Assembly: GCA_030167865.1 (NCBI GenBank)
Contig: JALAGF010004526.1
Span: forward strand, 1 to 64,000
Direction of reading: 5' to 3'
DNA from: Craspedostauros australis
Lineage: Eukaryota
Length of the DNA: 64,000 nt
Made by a program: the position numbers and the translations under genes
Part shown: piece after piece, positions 47,795 to 59,932 of the stretch
Layout of the letters: each line of letters opens with the position of its first letter
How positions within the stretch are numbered: the first letter of the stretch is position 1
Notes under the pieces: model-generated
Told to the model about the DNA's origin: nothing
Seen by the model: the letters and a program-made list of their open reading frames with translations, nothing else
The model's database searches: none

Positions 47795-50700
47795 ATGCCG
47801 TCGACCGTGAAAGTGAGGGTGAAGGCCGCCCGCAGCCTTCCCGTGATGGACAGGTCGATGGGGGCAACGGCTGCTCGTGTCGCGGTGACAGTGGCGTCGA
47901 CGCCCAGCACGGATGCCTACGTCCTGGTCACACTGGGCGGGCACCAGAGCCTGACAGACCACCAGGATGGCGAGACCCAAGACAAGCAGAAGCGGTACAC
48001 CGCCAAGACCAAGGTGTGCCGACGCACGCTCAATCCCGTGTGGGAGGAAGAATTCAGATTCGACGTCTCGAGCGACACGCTGCTGCAGGATGAGCCCCTC
48101 ATCTTCAAGGTCTGCGATTCCGAAGCGCTTACTCAGGACGAGTCGATCGGATTGGTCTACATCGACTTGAACCCGCTGCTCACGCAGACCACGCGTCAGG
48201 ATGACGGTGATGGCAAGGACAAAGCTGGGATGCTCGACGGCTGGTTTCCCATCTACGACACGCTCGGCGGCGTCCGCGGCGAGCTCAGACTGACAGTCAA
48301 GCTCAACTTCATCGGCGACGTCAATCCTTTTCGTGACTCTTCCGCCGGGGTTCAGCTCTTCCCGTTCTCCAAACTGGACCCGGCTTCTGGATACAACATC
48401 GTCCACATCTTCGGGTTCGTGGAGGAGCTGGTCGTTGCCGATGATCCGGAGTTTGAATGGGATGAGAACTTCCGCCGTGCCCGCTTGTCCCATGAGACCA
48501 GGCAGACCCTGATGTACCTGCTCGACGCCGCGGTTCGCCGGCGGATGTGCAAGACCGTTCTGGAGAAAGGTGGGAACGCAGTGCTCGGCTACCATCAGGT
48601 ACGTTTTTTTTGCCGAATGAGCGCTGCAGCTTTGGGGTGCGGTGGCAAGAGTTTTCTCAAGCTTGATGCCGCTGCTCTGCGGGTGTGTCCTTCAGGTCGA
48701 TCTCACTCAATGCATCCCGCTGCGCTCCTTCTTATCGCCCTCAATCCACCATGCGCTGGCTGCAATCGGCAACCGTTCTTGTTCAGAACTTCGACGTGGA
48801 AGGAGATTCGGGAATTGTGGCGCGCACGTATGGAACTTGCGTCTTGCTGGAACGGAAGCAGCACGGGGTGGATATAAACTCATCGAAGGGCAGCACCACG
48901 ATACTGGACAGCGATGTCGATGACGCGCCCAGTCGACGGATCAAGCCAGACATGAAGGCCCAGTCGGCAGGAGAAGTCAGGAGGGCATCGACGTTGTTCA
49001 CCATGTCCGAAACGAACGGGCATCACCATCATCATGTGCATCACCATCATCACCAAGGCTTGACAAGTTCCGCCACGGAAGAAGTGCAGCTCCTGACACT
49101 CAAGGACTTCGATCCGAGAGTCAGAGTTCGTATCGGGGGTCTGGTAACAGCCAGGAGCGTGAAGTATCTGGGAAAGCTGCAGGCCAAGTTCTCCGACCAG
49201 GAGACTCGAGATTCTTGGTGGACGGAACTCAGAGATGAGATTCGTTCCCACGCGAAGATATTGTGTTGCAGCCATGTTGTCGGCTACATCGAGGCATCCA
49301 CGATTCACGACGATGTTGCCATCCTCTCGATCACGGGGACGGCATGTACAGTTCGAGGGTTGCCCGACATCACACAGCAAAATCAACCCAGGCTTTGGGA
49401 TCAGCAGACGTGGCAACAGGAAAAGCCGCCGCTGATCGAGCCTGACATGTCGGAGCAATCGAACCCAGAACAGCCAACGTTGGCACTGCGCAAGATGCGC
49501 AAGGCACGTCGCGCTGATAGGCTGCATCGACGCATGCGAAGGGCGGCCGGCGGAGGTCGTCGAGGTAGGGGTGCTTCTGCCGTTGACTCAGACGATATCA
49601 CAGCGACGCATGACGATCCCCCGCTCTTGGCTTCGCCGCGGGCTGCGAACAACACAAGGATTTACGAACGACGGCCACTCATTCGAGCTCGCAATGCCAA
49701 GCCTTGTTCCTACTGCCATGTGCCTTATCATCACCGAATCGCCCCTTTCAACAACATGAAGGTACGTATCACATTGGCACGAGCAATAAAGTGCAACCAA
49801 AGCAACAGCATCAGCATCAGAAACAAACAACGAGCTATTTCTGTGCACTCTTGTCACGTTGCTCCAAGTTGAGCAATCCAACTGTTCCCGACAGTCCATC
49901 ACGAGAATCTCACAGGTACCTGTCGCGTCGTTACTCACACTCATCACTCTATCCATACAATGCGCTATCCCCGTACTCTGCACTTGTTGTTATTGGTATT
50001 GGTATTGTTGTTGTTAATTCAACTCATGCATATGCACACAACGGCTGTGTTCTCTGCTGCGTTTGGACATGGTTCCTTGCACTTCGCTTGCTCTCTACTC
50101 GACATACGTGAAGCTGGTGCCATGCTTGATGTGCGGTAAGAAGTGGGTGCCCGAGGTCGTTCTTGCGACGTGCGAACCGCCTTCGCGGCTACCGATCCGA
50201 GGATCCGGCGTATTCGTCCAGGCTCGCGTCTGTCGTTCACGGCCGGCTTCTAATGGAGAGACTGATGCGCTCGCAGTGAGCGAAGCGTTGCCATTTTTGG
50301 AATACGAGTTAGCGCGACAGATGATGCTCAAGCTGAAGGTGCTGGGACGCAATGCTGCATTCAGCGTCAAGAGCGAAGTCGATGTTGGTCGGCAGCTCAT
50401 CGTCGCGACGCTCACGGCCACTGCCGTGTACTGCACCGCCATGCCTGCGCCCAGGTTGCTTGAGATTTCGCGAAACATCGCCATCCAGGATGAGGAGGAT
50501 TTTCAGCTGGTAGAACTGCAAAGCAAAATCGAATGGGTGTCATCGAACAACCGGCAGAGGCTGGCCCAGGCAGCACAGCGACACATCGGGCGCGTGAGGA
50601 AGCGGTACCTTAGCAGGATCAAACAGGCGAAGATGAGAAGGGCTGCTGCCAAGCTGGAGAACAAACGCAAGAAGGAAATGCTACGATTCAAGGAGAGGCA

Positions 50701-52672
50701 CACCAGGGAGTCCACCAAGAGTCTGAAATCGAGCGAGGACAAGCTTCTGGAGGAACCAGGAGGCCGTTCACCCAACGAAATGAAACCGGGCAATGAACTC
50801 AATGATGTGGTGTCATCGTCATCGTCAAGTCCATCCGATGACAGCACTTCGTCATCAAGTTCATCATCGAGCAGTTCCAGCGATGAGACTGACAGCGACA
50901 AGGAATCCGCCGCAGGATCGGAGGATCGTCTGTCGATCTCTCCCACGCCCGCAACTTCAAGCGTCGCCTCTTCGCGCGCAGGATCGCCGGTTACTGACCA
51001 TCTGGGAAGAGAGGATGAGAACGGACTCATCGAACAGCTGGATTTGGAGTTCGGTGACGTCTTCGTCTCTGGCGATGAAGATTCTGAAGCAGGGAGAAAC
51101 GTAGACAAACGAACGGGCCTGGGGACGGTCCCGGATATGGAAGAGCTCGACGACCTGGAAGAGAATGTCCACAACGACCAGCTCGTCTCGGACAAAGGCC
51201 GTGACGGCCAGAGACGACGGCGGCGCCGCATGTACCGTGACGACAAGGCCCCGTTCGTGCTGGAGATTGACGACGAAACAGACGAGGATCTCCTAAGCGT
51301 GCTACTGGAGAAAAAGTTGCCGGAAGGCGTGCGGATGAGCACTTGTGAACACATGCCTGACTTCGGATCGGGCATGGGAGGAAAGGAAGATGAGGTGGTC
51401 GATGCTCAGATGGTCATGTCGATGCTCCGATTCAAGTGGAACTCGGCCTCCCTGCGTGGCACCAGGAGCAACTTGCTGTTCTCTCGTCTGTTCCAGGATC
51501 TCTACGCGAAGCTCTGCACCTGCATCAAGGACATCGCCCCAGCGGTCATTTGTGGAGTTCGAACCCAAGTGAACCTGACGCCGGACGATATGATCGAACT
51601 TATCTGCACCGGCAAAGCCATCATCGGACGCCGGATCGAAAAGGACGAGAAGGGTCGCAGCAGCACTGGCTTCGATTCGGACACGACGAGGATGGACGAA
51701 TTGGAGCTACGGCGACAAGAGGGTGCGGATCAACGCGAGCTGGAGGTTGAGGTGGAGAAGGAAGCTCTGTTCAACGTTGGGCCGGCGGTGAATCAAAATC
51801 GTGCGACTGTCATCGTCGACACTCTCAGCGAAAGGATGAAGCATCTGCACCTCGCCGCGGACGGGCTTGGCGATTCAGGTCAGCAGCAGGCCAGCCCCGC
51901 AATCCCCATTTCCAATCCCAACAACCATGCATCAGCAAGTCCGCAATCAGCGAAGAAATTGACCACGATTGTGTCGGCATCGAGCGGTGAATCGCCCCGC
52001 GTGAGATCGCGCTCAATCATCGCCTTCGCGTCGCCCAAACCGCTCAATCTGTCGAGGAGCAAGACAGAGGGCCGCGTTGATACTGTGCAATCGCCCAAAG
52101 TAAGCGAAACGAAGGTGGAAACGCGAAAACTGAAGAATTCGCCAGGCGACCATCTCATCTCATCTCTTCAGCCTTCACGTCCCACAAAACCGAATGGGAT
52201 GGATACTCTGGCGCTTGGTGTTGACATCAAAGGCGCAGTCGCAGAAACACAATGGATGAACGTGACGGAGGTCCCAGTTGAACTCACTCCGCTGCACCAG
52301 ACGACGGGTGGCAGAGTCGTTGAGTATCTAGGATGGGTGCCGATGCATTTCATCCGAGAATCGTCGGGTTTGGAAGCCGCGGAATTCCATCGGTTTGTCA
52401 CAGAATGTAACGCCGTCGCCAGAGCCCACGTCGCTTCGCTTGGAGGCAACGCCATGCTGTCCTACAGGCTGGTCCCTGCCGAATCCGGCGGCCGCGTCTA
52501 CAAGTCGCAAGTGTACAATGTGATATCATTGAGCGGGTACGCGGTCAAAGTTGAGTACCCCAAGATGCATCGAACGGGCATGCATGGCAGGCCAGGTCAG
52601 CACGACGAGCAAGGGGATTTCGGTACGTCGCCAATGGGTGACAGTCTCCAACCTCGGTCCACTTCGTTGTGA
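47795..52672 (+). CDS. C2CD5: C2 domain-containing protein 5 (C2CD5/CDP138/KIAA0528) homologue, ~1445 aa; exons 47795-48598, 48787-49761, 50114-52672
   Basis: N-terminal C2 domain (VKVRVKAARSLPVMDR, TDAYV, LNPVWEEEFRF, DEPLIFKV). YbjQ-like repeats (GGNAVLGYHQ|NFDVEGDSGIVAR; TRDSWWTELRDEIRSHA; ARAHVASLGGNAML). Zn motif PCSYCHVPY...|LVPCLMCGKKWVPEVVLAT. Two phase-0 introns restore the conserved motifs. Confidence 0.9.
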
Positions 52673-52941
52673 GGTCCTGCGTTGGACAACCGCTTCAGAG
52701 AGCGGGCGATGTACGAGGATGATCGTGGCGCATAGTAGAGAGTAGAGGAAAAAAAAACCTTCGAAACAAGACAAGCGCATCGACTGCTCCGGAGTATTAC
52801 ACCATGGATTGGAACTAAATTGCGACACAGTTTTGTGACGTATGTTACGTGGTATTGTACGAGAATAGATCACGGCTGGTACTCTCTCTCTCTCTCCCAT
52901 TGCGACTCGGAGTGTTCAATTCCACCGCAGCAAAAGTTCGC

Positions 52942-53733
52942 TCACGACACCATCGCTTCCACATCCTTCAAGAATTGGGTGTACAGTTGCTGTTCCTTGT
53001 AATCTGTGTACATGGCAATGAAATCAGTGACGTCCGAGCTAACCTTGAGCTCTTTTTCGAGGTACTCGTAGAAGGATGACTGGAGGCGCTCATCGAGGTC
53101 GAGAAACTCTGGCCCTTCGTACGAGGATTTTTCCAAGGTTCCCTGCTGAGCGTGAATGGCATCGACATCCTGCTTGGACGTGGCCACGCCTTCAATCTGA
53201 ACCCCCTCCTCCGCGGTGATGCAGTTGAACACCAGCGTCTTGCCTGCCTTTGTTTGCGTCACGGTGAACCTCACATCTGAAGCCGGTTCATCCTCCTCCC
53301 CGTCTTCTGCCTCCATGTCATCTTCCTCCTCTTCCAACGGGTCCGGAACGGTGTCCTGGCAGTGGAACGAGAGCTGCACCTTCTTGTCGTTGAGGTAGAG
53401 CTGGATCGTGGCCGAGTCTTCGTCGTCCACGATCTTCCAGTTGACGGTGAGCTGTCTCTTGAGATCCGAGAGTTCCTCGGGCATCTCCATGTTCCCAGAC
53501 GACACCTCCACATCGATCTCGGATTTCACGATGTCCAAGATGTCGTCCTGCAGCGGGGACGTGGTGGAGTAGGCATGGGCGGATCTCCCGTTGTGGAATG
53601 CTGCCCAATCCGAACCGCGCTTTGCGCCAGCGAATCGTGTGATGTTGCGGCCTGAGGCCAATCGTGGTCCAGCACGGCAGGAAGCTCTCGCAAAGCGTGG
53701 CAGACTGCGCGCCGCAAATGCTGGGATGATCAT
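52942..53733 (-). CDS. Mitochondrial acidic matrix glycoprotein (MAM33/p32/C1QBP family), ~263 aa
   Basis: Arg/Ala-rich presequence from ATG 53733 (MIIPAFAARSLPRFAR), acidic core, and C-terminal YEGPEFLDLDERLQSSFYEYL...YTDYKEQQLYTQFLKDV signature. Confidence 0.9.
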   Translation of the reverse strand: MIIPAFAARSLPRFARASCRAGPRLASGRNITRFAGAKRGSDWAAFHNGRSAHAYSTTSPLQDDILDIVKSEIDVEVSSGNMEMPEELSDLKRQLTVNWKIVDDEDSATIQLYLNDKKVQLSFHCQDTVPDPLEEEEDDMEAEDGEEDEPASDVRFTVTQTKAGKTLVFNCITAEEGVQIEGVATSKQDVDAIHAQQGTLEKSSYEGPEFLDLDERLQSSFYEYLEKELKVSSDVTDFIAMYTDYKEQQLYTQFLKDVEAMVS

Positions 53734-54398
53734 GGCCGTCGACAGGGAGGTGCTTCTTCTTGACTGAACCTTGTTTCGTGTGCTTCCGAGCAGGACGCAA
53801 GTCGGTTGCAAGGATGCTGTGTACGGGTATCTGTAAGAGCTAGTCGTAGGTCGTACTATGTGCTTGATCACGACGCGAATCGCCTCTCCTCTCTTCGTGC
53901 CCTCGCCAAGGTGTTGTGCGAGGGGGCAGCGCCGTGAGAGGAGGCTGTTGTGGGTTTGGGCGTGTGCAGATTCGCTCGCGTGGAAGAAAGCGGTGGTTGG
54001 TGGAAGCGATGGGTATGGACACGATCTGTCTCCGAAGATCCAAAAGGACTGGAACAGGCCCCCGTCTGTCCGTCGGTCCGGGGCTCTCATACGCACGGTA
54101 GACTTCTGCTCTATCCCCTTCCATCAAGGGCGTGCGACTATCCCAACAGTGCACGAGCAGAATAGAACAGAATAGAGTAGAGCACGTAGCAATGAAAAGA
54201 ATGCGAGAGAACTACACCTTGATTACAGCAAACTCCGTGCTCGATTTGAGTACTGGTGTCCCCAACATCCGTACTTGTGGCTTGTCGCGAATGACGACTT
54301 GATGGCGTGGCAGGAGATGCAACCATATCTACGGACTACTCATACGAGCTCCATGTGGCGACCATGTATTATTATGATTACTTCGATAAATTCCCACT

Positions 54399-56549
54399 TC
54401 AGGTTTGGCAGTACTGCAAGGCCCGGAGAATGACCCGCTTCTCGTGTTCGGTGGGCGCCTCTTCGCGGCCCTGCTCCAGGGCCATGTAACAACCAACGAT
54501 GGACGAGATTTGGCTCCGAAGCTTGGAGCTGTCACTTGCCTCGGCGGCCGACGGCACAGATGCCTTCATGATCAACCCTTGCACGAATTGGACGATCGCC
54601 AATGCAACGGGCCGCGCTTTGGAACGGTAGTCGGAATCGGAAGCTTGCCACATCTCGGTGCAAGAGTATCCCCAGTAGATCGCGCTGTCGGAAGGTGCGT
54701 CAGGTCCAACCGGATTCCTTTGCCAGAAAATGACCAAGAAGTTGGACAGCGGTTCCCACAGCGGGGCGAGCGCCTGCGTCCGGTCGGGGAAGCCCTCTGC
54801 ACCGGCCATGATGGATGCAACTCCCGGCAGTAGCCTGGGGTCGTTGAGCTCGTCCAGAAGGTACTCCATGCATTCAATCACCTTGTCGTGGGCGAGGTGA
54901 TCGCCGGGCTTGGACGGCTCAGGCTGGGATTTGCCATCTTCCCAGATGTCGATTTCTTGCAGCACGACGCTGAAGAGTTGGGAACTCATGATGAAGTACT
55001 TTCGTTCTGCTGCCTGTCTGCCTGGGCTGGCCCGATACAGCAGCAAGTACTCGGCGGTGGAGCGCAACGAATCGATGAACGATTTTTGAATGTGAAAGAG
55101 CGCGTTGTGATCGAAATGGGCCGCGGAGGAATTCTGTTGCTCCTCCATGTCGACCAGGTACTGGACAAGACCAATCATGAGCTGCGCGCACGAGAGGCCT
55201 GGCGCATACACCCCATTGTCCATGCCGCCAACATGGTCCGTCGCAACTTCGTCCAGCGATTGGAGACTGATGCGCCATTCGCCGCTTGCGAGCCGTGCCC
55301 ACGTGCAGATATTGACGGCAGGGCCCAGCCGAGACGACGACGATGACGACCGATTCGTGGATCGCATCAGCATCCAGTCCCATCCGCATTGCGTGATTGT
55401 CAACACCAATGTACTCCACGCCAATGCCCTCAACCTCGAATGGCTCTTTTCCGGTGACACGACCTGCGCGAGCAGAATCTTATTGAAGCATGACGAAAAT
55501 GCGCTGTCTTCGACGTATTTCATTCTGAATTCGGGGCTGAGCTGCAGCAGGTGCTGGGATACATGCAGCAGCCATTCGTTCCACAGGGTTCGCGTCTCCT
55601 TATCGGAGAGCTGAGACGCGGATTTGGAAGCCATCCATTTTGCGATGGACACGATCAGTGTCGGCGTGACCAGCGCCCCCGATTGCCCCTGCAAGAGCAA
55701 GAAGATATGCTTCACGAAATCGTCGTGCTGTTCGGCGTCATCCTTACTCGTGCACAACAGCCCATCCAGTGTGTCGCAAACGAAAACCCAGTCCGCATCT
55801 GGAGCATTTTCAGCTTTTTGGGAAGACTTGGTGTCGTCAGATTCCGCTGTGCCGCTAGCGTTGATGTCCGCATCTCCAGCAGCCTCCTGCTTCTGGCTAC
55901 CTACATGCTTGAAGTTTGAGAGGTGTGTCGAGAAAGTTTCCCAAATCGTCTCCGTCCACGCCTGACATTGCATGCTGATGTTGATATTGCTGCTTTCGTT
56001 GTTAGTCGCACTGTCGTTGTTGCTGCCGCCGCTGCTGCTGCTGCTCGCATTCGTGGCAGCTACGCCACTTGCTGCCGACAACTCGCTGATCCATTTCTCC
56101 ACCAGCTGCACGATGTGGCAGTGCGTTTGCCAAAACGACTTGCTTGACGAATGTGCTTGAGCACCGCGCTTCCATGCATCCAGCAAACCGTTCCGAAAGC
56201 TCGAAGAAAGAGAACTTGCTGGCACGCGATCCAGGACATGGCAGATCAACGAAAGGAACAGCGATTGCAGTCGGCCTTCCAACTTGGTGCTGAGCTCGTT
56301 GTGGTTGAAGAATTGGAGTGCAAAGTGTGTCAGCCTGGTGCCATGCCGTTGAAAGATACCGCTCAGCGTCTGATCGTCCACGCGAACCAGCAGCAACCAC
56401 GATGCCATCAGGCGCTCTGCCGGGTACAGTGCCTTCGCTCGTCCTGCTCCATCATCCCTGGTTTTGATGCCAACATCGAGAAGGATCTCAAGCTTCCTCT
56501 GCACGGACGCTTCGTTCGGATGCTGCGGAACTGCGTCGGTGCTCGCCAT
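54399..56549 (-). CDS. Neurochondrin-like helical-repeat protein, 716 aa
   Basis: Long intact ORF. Helical motifs (ERLMASWLLLVR; TWARLASGEWRISL; HIQKSFIDSLRSTAEYL) resemble neurochondrin; the family assignment is tentative. Confidence 0.55.
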   Translation of the reverse strand: MASTDAVPQHPNEASVQRKLEILLDVGIKTRDDGAGRAKALYPAERLMASWLLLVRVDDQTLSGIFQRHGTRLTHFALQFFNHNELSTKLEGRLQSLFLSLICHVLDRVPASSLSSSFRNGLLDAWKRGAQAHSSSKSFWQTHCHIVQLVEKWISELSAASGVAATNASSSSSGGSNNDSATNNESSNINISMQCQAWTETIWETFSTHLSNFKHVGSQKQEAAGDADINASGTAESDDTKSSQKAENAPDADWVFVCDTLDGLLCTSKDDAEQHDDFVKHIFLLLQGQSGALVTPTLIVSIAKWMASKSASQLSDKETRTLWNEWLLHVSQHLLQLSPEFRMKYVEDSAFSSCFNKILLAQVVSPEKSHSRLRALAWSTLVLTITQCGWDWMLMRSTNRSSSSSSRLGPAVNICTWARLASGEWRISLQSLDEVATDHVGGMDNGVYAPGLSCAQLMIGLVQYLVDMEEQQNSSAAHFDHNALFHIQKSFIDSLRSTAEYLLLYRASPGRQAAERKYFIMSSQLFSVVLQEIDIWEDGKSQPEPSKPGDHLAHDKVIECMEYLLDELNDPRLLPGVASIMAGAEGFPDRTQALAPLWEPLSNFLVIFWQRNPVGPDAPSDSAIYWGYSCTEMWQASDSDYRSKARPVALAIVQFVQGLIMKASVPSAAEASDSSKLRSQISSIVGCYMALEQGREEAPTEHEKRVILRALQYCQT

Positions 56550-57192
56550 CGTTGCGGGAGTAGATCGTATAATATGATGTTGCTACGCTTCGCACTCGTG
56601 TAGCAGAGGAGTGATGTACTCTCCTCTGCTTGATGTTACTGCCATGAGTCTTCGGCTCCTTCCCCCTTTCGGTGGCACCCGTGGATGTTGTGTTTCGCAT
56701 CAAGGACGTCTCACGTTGCGCGGTTTCGCAGACACATTTCTTCTTTGAAAATCTCATGGCGAAGCGGTTGGATCCCGAAGCGGTGATTGATGTTTGGCGG
56801 GACGGTGGGCGGACGGACGGATTTGTGCAGTCGACGACAACTTGATAGGATGTCCCGCAAAATTTGACCGTTGAAACCCGCACAGATTCTAGTCGTGAAT
56901 GGAGGGCAGACACGATCGATACAATCACGACTGGACTCTTGATAGGCTGCGTGTTGAGTGTAGGCTAGTATCTGAAACGTGTCACACAACTCCACGTCAT
57001 CGCAGAAAGGAAGACATTTTGATGTAAATTCAAATATTACCGCATGTACCGATTATTCCTTCAAAACCTGAGAATGAGACTGACGGTTGTTGATGGAACT
57101 CGACTTGGACACAAACGACACAACGCAAAGCAAAACCAACGAAAGACCAACACAAGAGAAAGGCGCCGTCATCATAAAAGAAGAAAGAGGCG

Positions 57193-58167
57193 ATGACAGC
57201 TGGGCAGAGACCAATTAGTTGCGTGGATGGATTGATGATGGCAACGACGAAGAAAACAACAACAATGCAGGACATTGCTGACTCCACGTCATCGCGGCAC
57301 CGCAGCATGGCCATGATGCGATCGGGAAACGTGCGATCTCAGCGCCATCAGGAGCACGAGCATCGCGGTGTCGCTAAGGCTATGGCCATGGCCATGGTAT
57401 TGGTGGGAGCGATGATCAGCGGGTGCGCAGGTCCGCAGCCGTACATGGTCGCCGCAGACAGCACTCGGGCATCCTTTGCCTTCTGCAGGAAGACGATTAA
57501 TTCGTGTCCTCCTCTTCCCCTTGCTTTTCAGACACGAAGTGGGCATCGAGAGAGCCGAGAACAGCATCAACTTCATCGTCTCAATTGCCCCCAAGCGCAT
57601 GGGAACCTCAATCATAGGCCTGGACACCTCTCGTTGATGATGCCGCTGTCACGTGCAACAGCATTGTTCGCAACACAGGAGCAGAGCAGCGCGAGCGACG
57701 ATTACTACAAACTAAAGAAGCAGATCGATGCTGACGCCGTATGGAACGAGAACATCCCAAAATACATCTACATCCCGGAGGAGATGCTCGATCTGCAATT
57801 TACGCGCAGCGGTGGTGCAGGCGGACAGAATGTCAACAAAGTCAGCACGCAGGTCCAGCTCAAGCTCCGCGTGCAATCGGCCGAGTGGATACCGCAGGAA
57901 GTGAGAAGTCGTCTCTCCAGACAGGAATCGAACCGCATCAACAAGGATGGTTTCTTGGTGCTGATGTCATCGCAGCACCGCACGCAAACCGCCAATCGCA
58001 AAGCAGCCGTGGACAAGCTGAGGCAGCTGATACTGCAGGCATGGAGACGACCGAAGAAGCGCAACATGAAGACTGGGATCAGCGCAAAGACGAAGAGACG
58101 CCGCAAAGAGGACAAGCGCAAACGAGGGCAGGTCAAGCAGAATCGCAAGTCCGTGCGCCTGGAATGA
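57193..58167 (+). CDS. ArfB/YaeJ/ICT1-type peptidyl-tRNA hydrolase (RF-1 domain), probably organelle-targeted
   Basis: FTRSGGAGGQNVNKVSTQV GGQ motif, RINKDGFLV..SQHRTQTANRK, and a basic C-terminal tail. The true start is probably downstream (~57310-57390), ahead of a hydrophobic stretch. Confidence 0.88.
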   Translation: MTAGQRPISCVDGLMMATTKKTTTMQDIADSTSSRHRSMAMMRSGNVRSQRHQEHEHRGVAKAMAMAMVLVGAMISGCAGPQPYMVAADSTRASFAFCRKTINSCPPLPLAFQTRSGHRESREQHQLHRLNCPQAHGNLNHRPGHLSLMMPLSRATALFATQEQSSASDDYYKLKKQIDADAVWNENIPKYIYIPEEMLDLQFTRSGGAGGQNVNKVSTQVQLKLRVQSAEWIPQEVRSRLSRQESNRINKDGFLVLMSSQHRTQTANRKAAVDKLRQLILQAWRRPKKRNMKTGISAKTKRRRKEDKRKRGQVKQNRKSVRLE

Positions 58168-59163
58168 GGAGGAATGCGTTCTTGGGGATGTGTTATGGTC
58201 GTGGATAGAGTAAAGCCACACATGCAGAGCTCACTTACCAATTCTATTATACGTGTGGTACGATCGTATGTTCCAAGAACTTGTCTCCCAGCGAGTACTT
58301 GTACAGACAGACACCACCACGAATGTCATTGTTACTTCGCCACCACTCGTACGTATCGTTGGCTCGAACGACTCTATCAACATACATGGTAGATCATGTC
58401 ACTTGTGCACAGCAAGAAGTGCTTTATTGCATTCGGATGGTACAAAGTATTTTAATACATGACAGAGGATGTTTGGCTTTGATTACATACTTGCACAATA
58501 CAATACTTCACAAGTGCTCTCTGCACTTCTCTATCCTCGCTGGCACTAGCATCTTGCTGGCTTCCGAATTGACAAGAGTCATCGATTAGTCCCAATTTCG
58601 AACGAAAGATACCCATTCCTGACGAAAACACTCACTCCGACCAACAGGCGCAAACGCTCCCACTCTTTGCTCGATTGTGACCAACTCAAGTCGAGGAATC
58701 CGTTGATGAAGCGGCCTCTTGCCCCTTCTTCGGCAGCTTCAGCTCGTATCTCCATGAACAGTATTTGAAACTTACCATACCATATCATATTAGTACGACT
58801 GCTAATGCACACGTAGCAAGCTGCAATTCTTCATACTCGTGCACACTCATCCGGCGGTTATTGAGGCCACAATTGGTTTGCGGGAAGCACATTTGAAGCA
58901 TCGTGCACAAGCTGCCAAAGACACCATTGTCATTGGCTGCATTCGTGGAGCATCGTCAAGGGCGTTCCGAGAGAAATCAACGAGTGTGGACATACAAACC
59001 AATAACACCAGCAAACGATACGAACGGAAGCACCGTACTCGTGCGCGACCGCATCTCTCCAAGTCTAACCCGTACACGAAGTGACTCAAGCTCCATCAGC
59101 TGTCATCTGCTCCATCCAGCAACACAGCATACAAACAAACGCAACACCACAGCAACGCCCACC

Positions 59164-59574
59164 ATGAACAGAGCAGCGGGCCTGCTGACGGAGGCCGAAG
59201 TCATCAAGGTGGAGCACATCTACAAATTCCAAATCGACGAGAAATGGGATCAGCCCATTCGCAAGGCGGTGGATTCCATCTTGCACATATCATGGCAATG
59301 GGCTCAGTCGTCAACCATCGTCGCGTACGGCATCGCAGGCTTTCTCGTTCTGTTTGGCACATCCAAATTGATTACCTCCATCCGAGGCGGTGGCAATAGC
59401 AGCAGCAGTAGCAGCAGAAAAAGTAGTAGTAGCAGCAGCAGTGGCAGCAACAACAACAGCGGCGGGACCAGCAGTGGCAGCAGCCACAAATCCAGCAAAA
59501 AGTCCAGCGGGAGTAGCAGTGGAAGCAGCAGCAGTACCAAGAGCACAAAGAGCAGCAGTTCCTCGTCGAAATGA
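59164..59574 (+). CDS. Small single-pass membrane protein with Ser/Gly/Lys-rich tail (136 aa), unknown function
   Basis: ATG in ACCATG context, TM segment IVAYGIAGFLVLFG, and a poly-Ser tail encoded by AGC/AGT repeats. Confidence 0.6.
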   Translation: MNRAAGLLTEAEVIKVEHIYKFQIDEKWDQPIRKAVDSILHISWQWAQSSTIVAYGIAGFLVLFGTSKLITSIRGGGNSSSSSSRKSSSSSSSGSNNNSGGTSSGSSHKSSKKSSGSSSGSSSSTKSTKSSSSSSK

Positions 59575-59932
59575 TTGGTGGCGTCGTTCAGATCGAATGT
59601 ACAGCAATACTCTGACAGAGACGCACAAAATGAGTGCTTGAATTAACACGCGAAAATCGTCGGCGACATCAAGGCCACGTGAGGGAAGAGCATCCACACA
59701 AGAACATCCATGAGCACCTGTGCGTACATAGGATGTCATACGTGAGGAGTGCTACGCACGATACTCGTATGACACAAAGCCACCACATACTTCACATGCT
59801 TCAGATACCATCACTACAATACTCTACATAGAATACTGTACAGGCATAGACCTGTCGACATTGCATCGTGTATTGATTCAATTTGCCGGGTGGTGACAAC
59901 TAGTCTTTCTAATGACGCATTGCTATTGCTCT

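Noticed and set aside
49021-49056. Poly-His tract in C2CD5
   Set aside because: It is a short CAY repeat in a variable linker, which is common in eukaryotic proteins.
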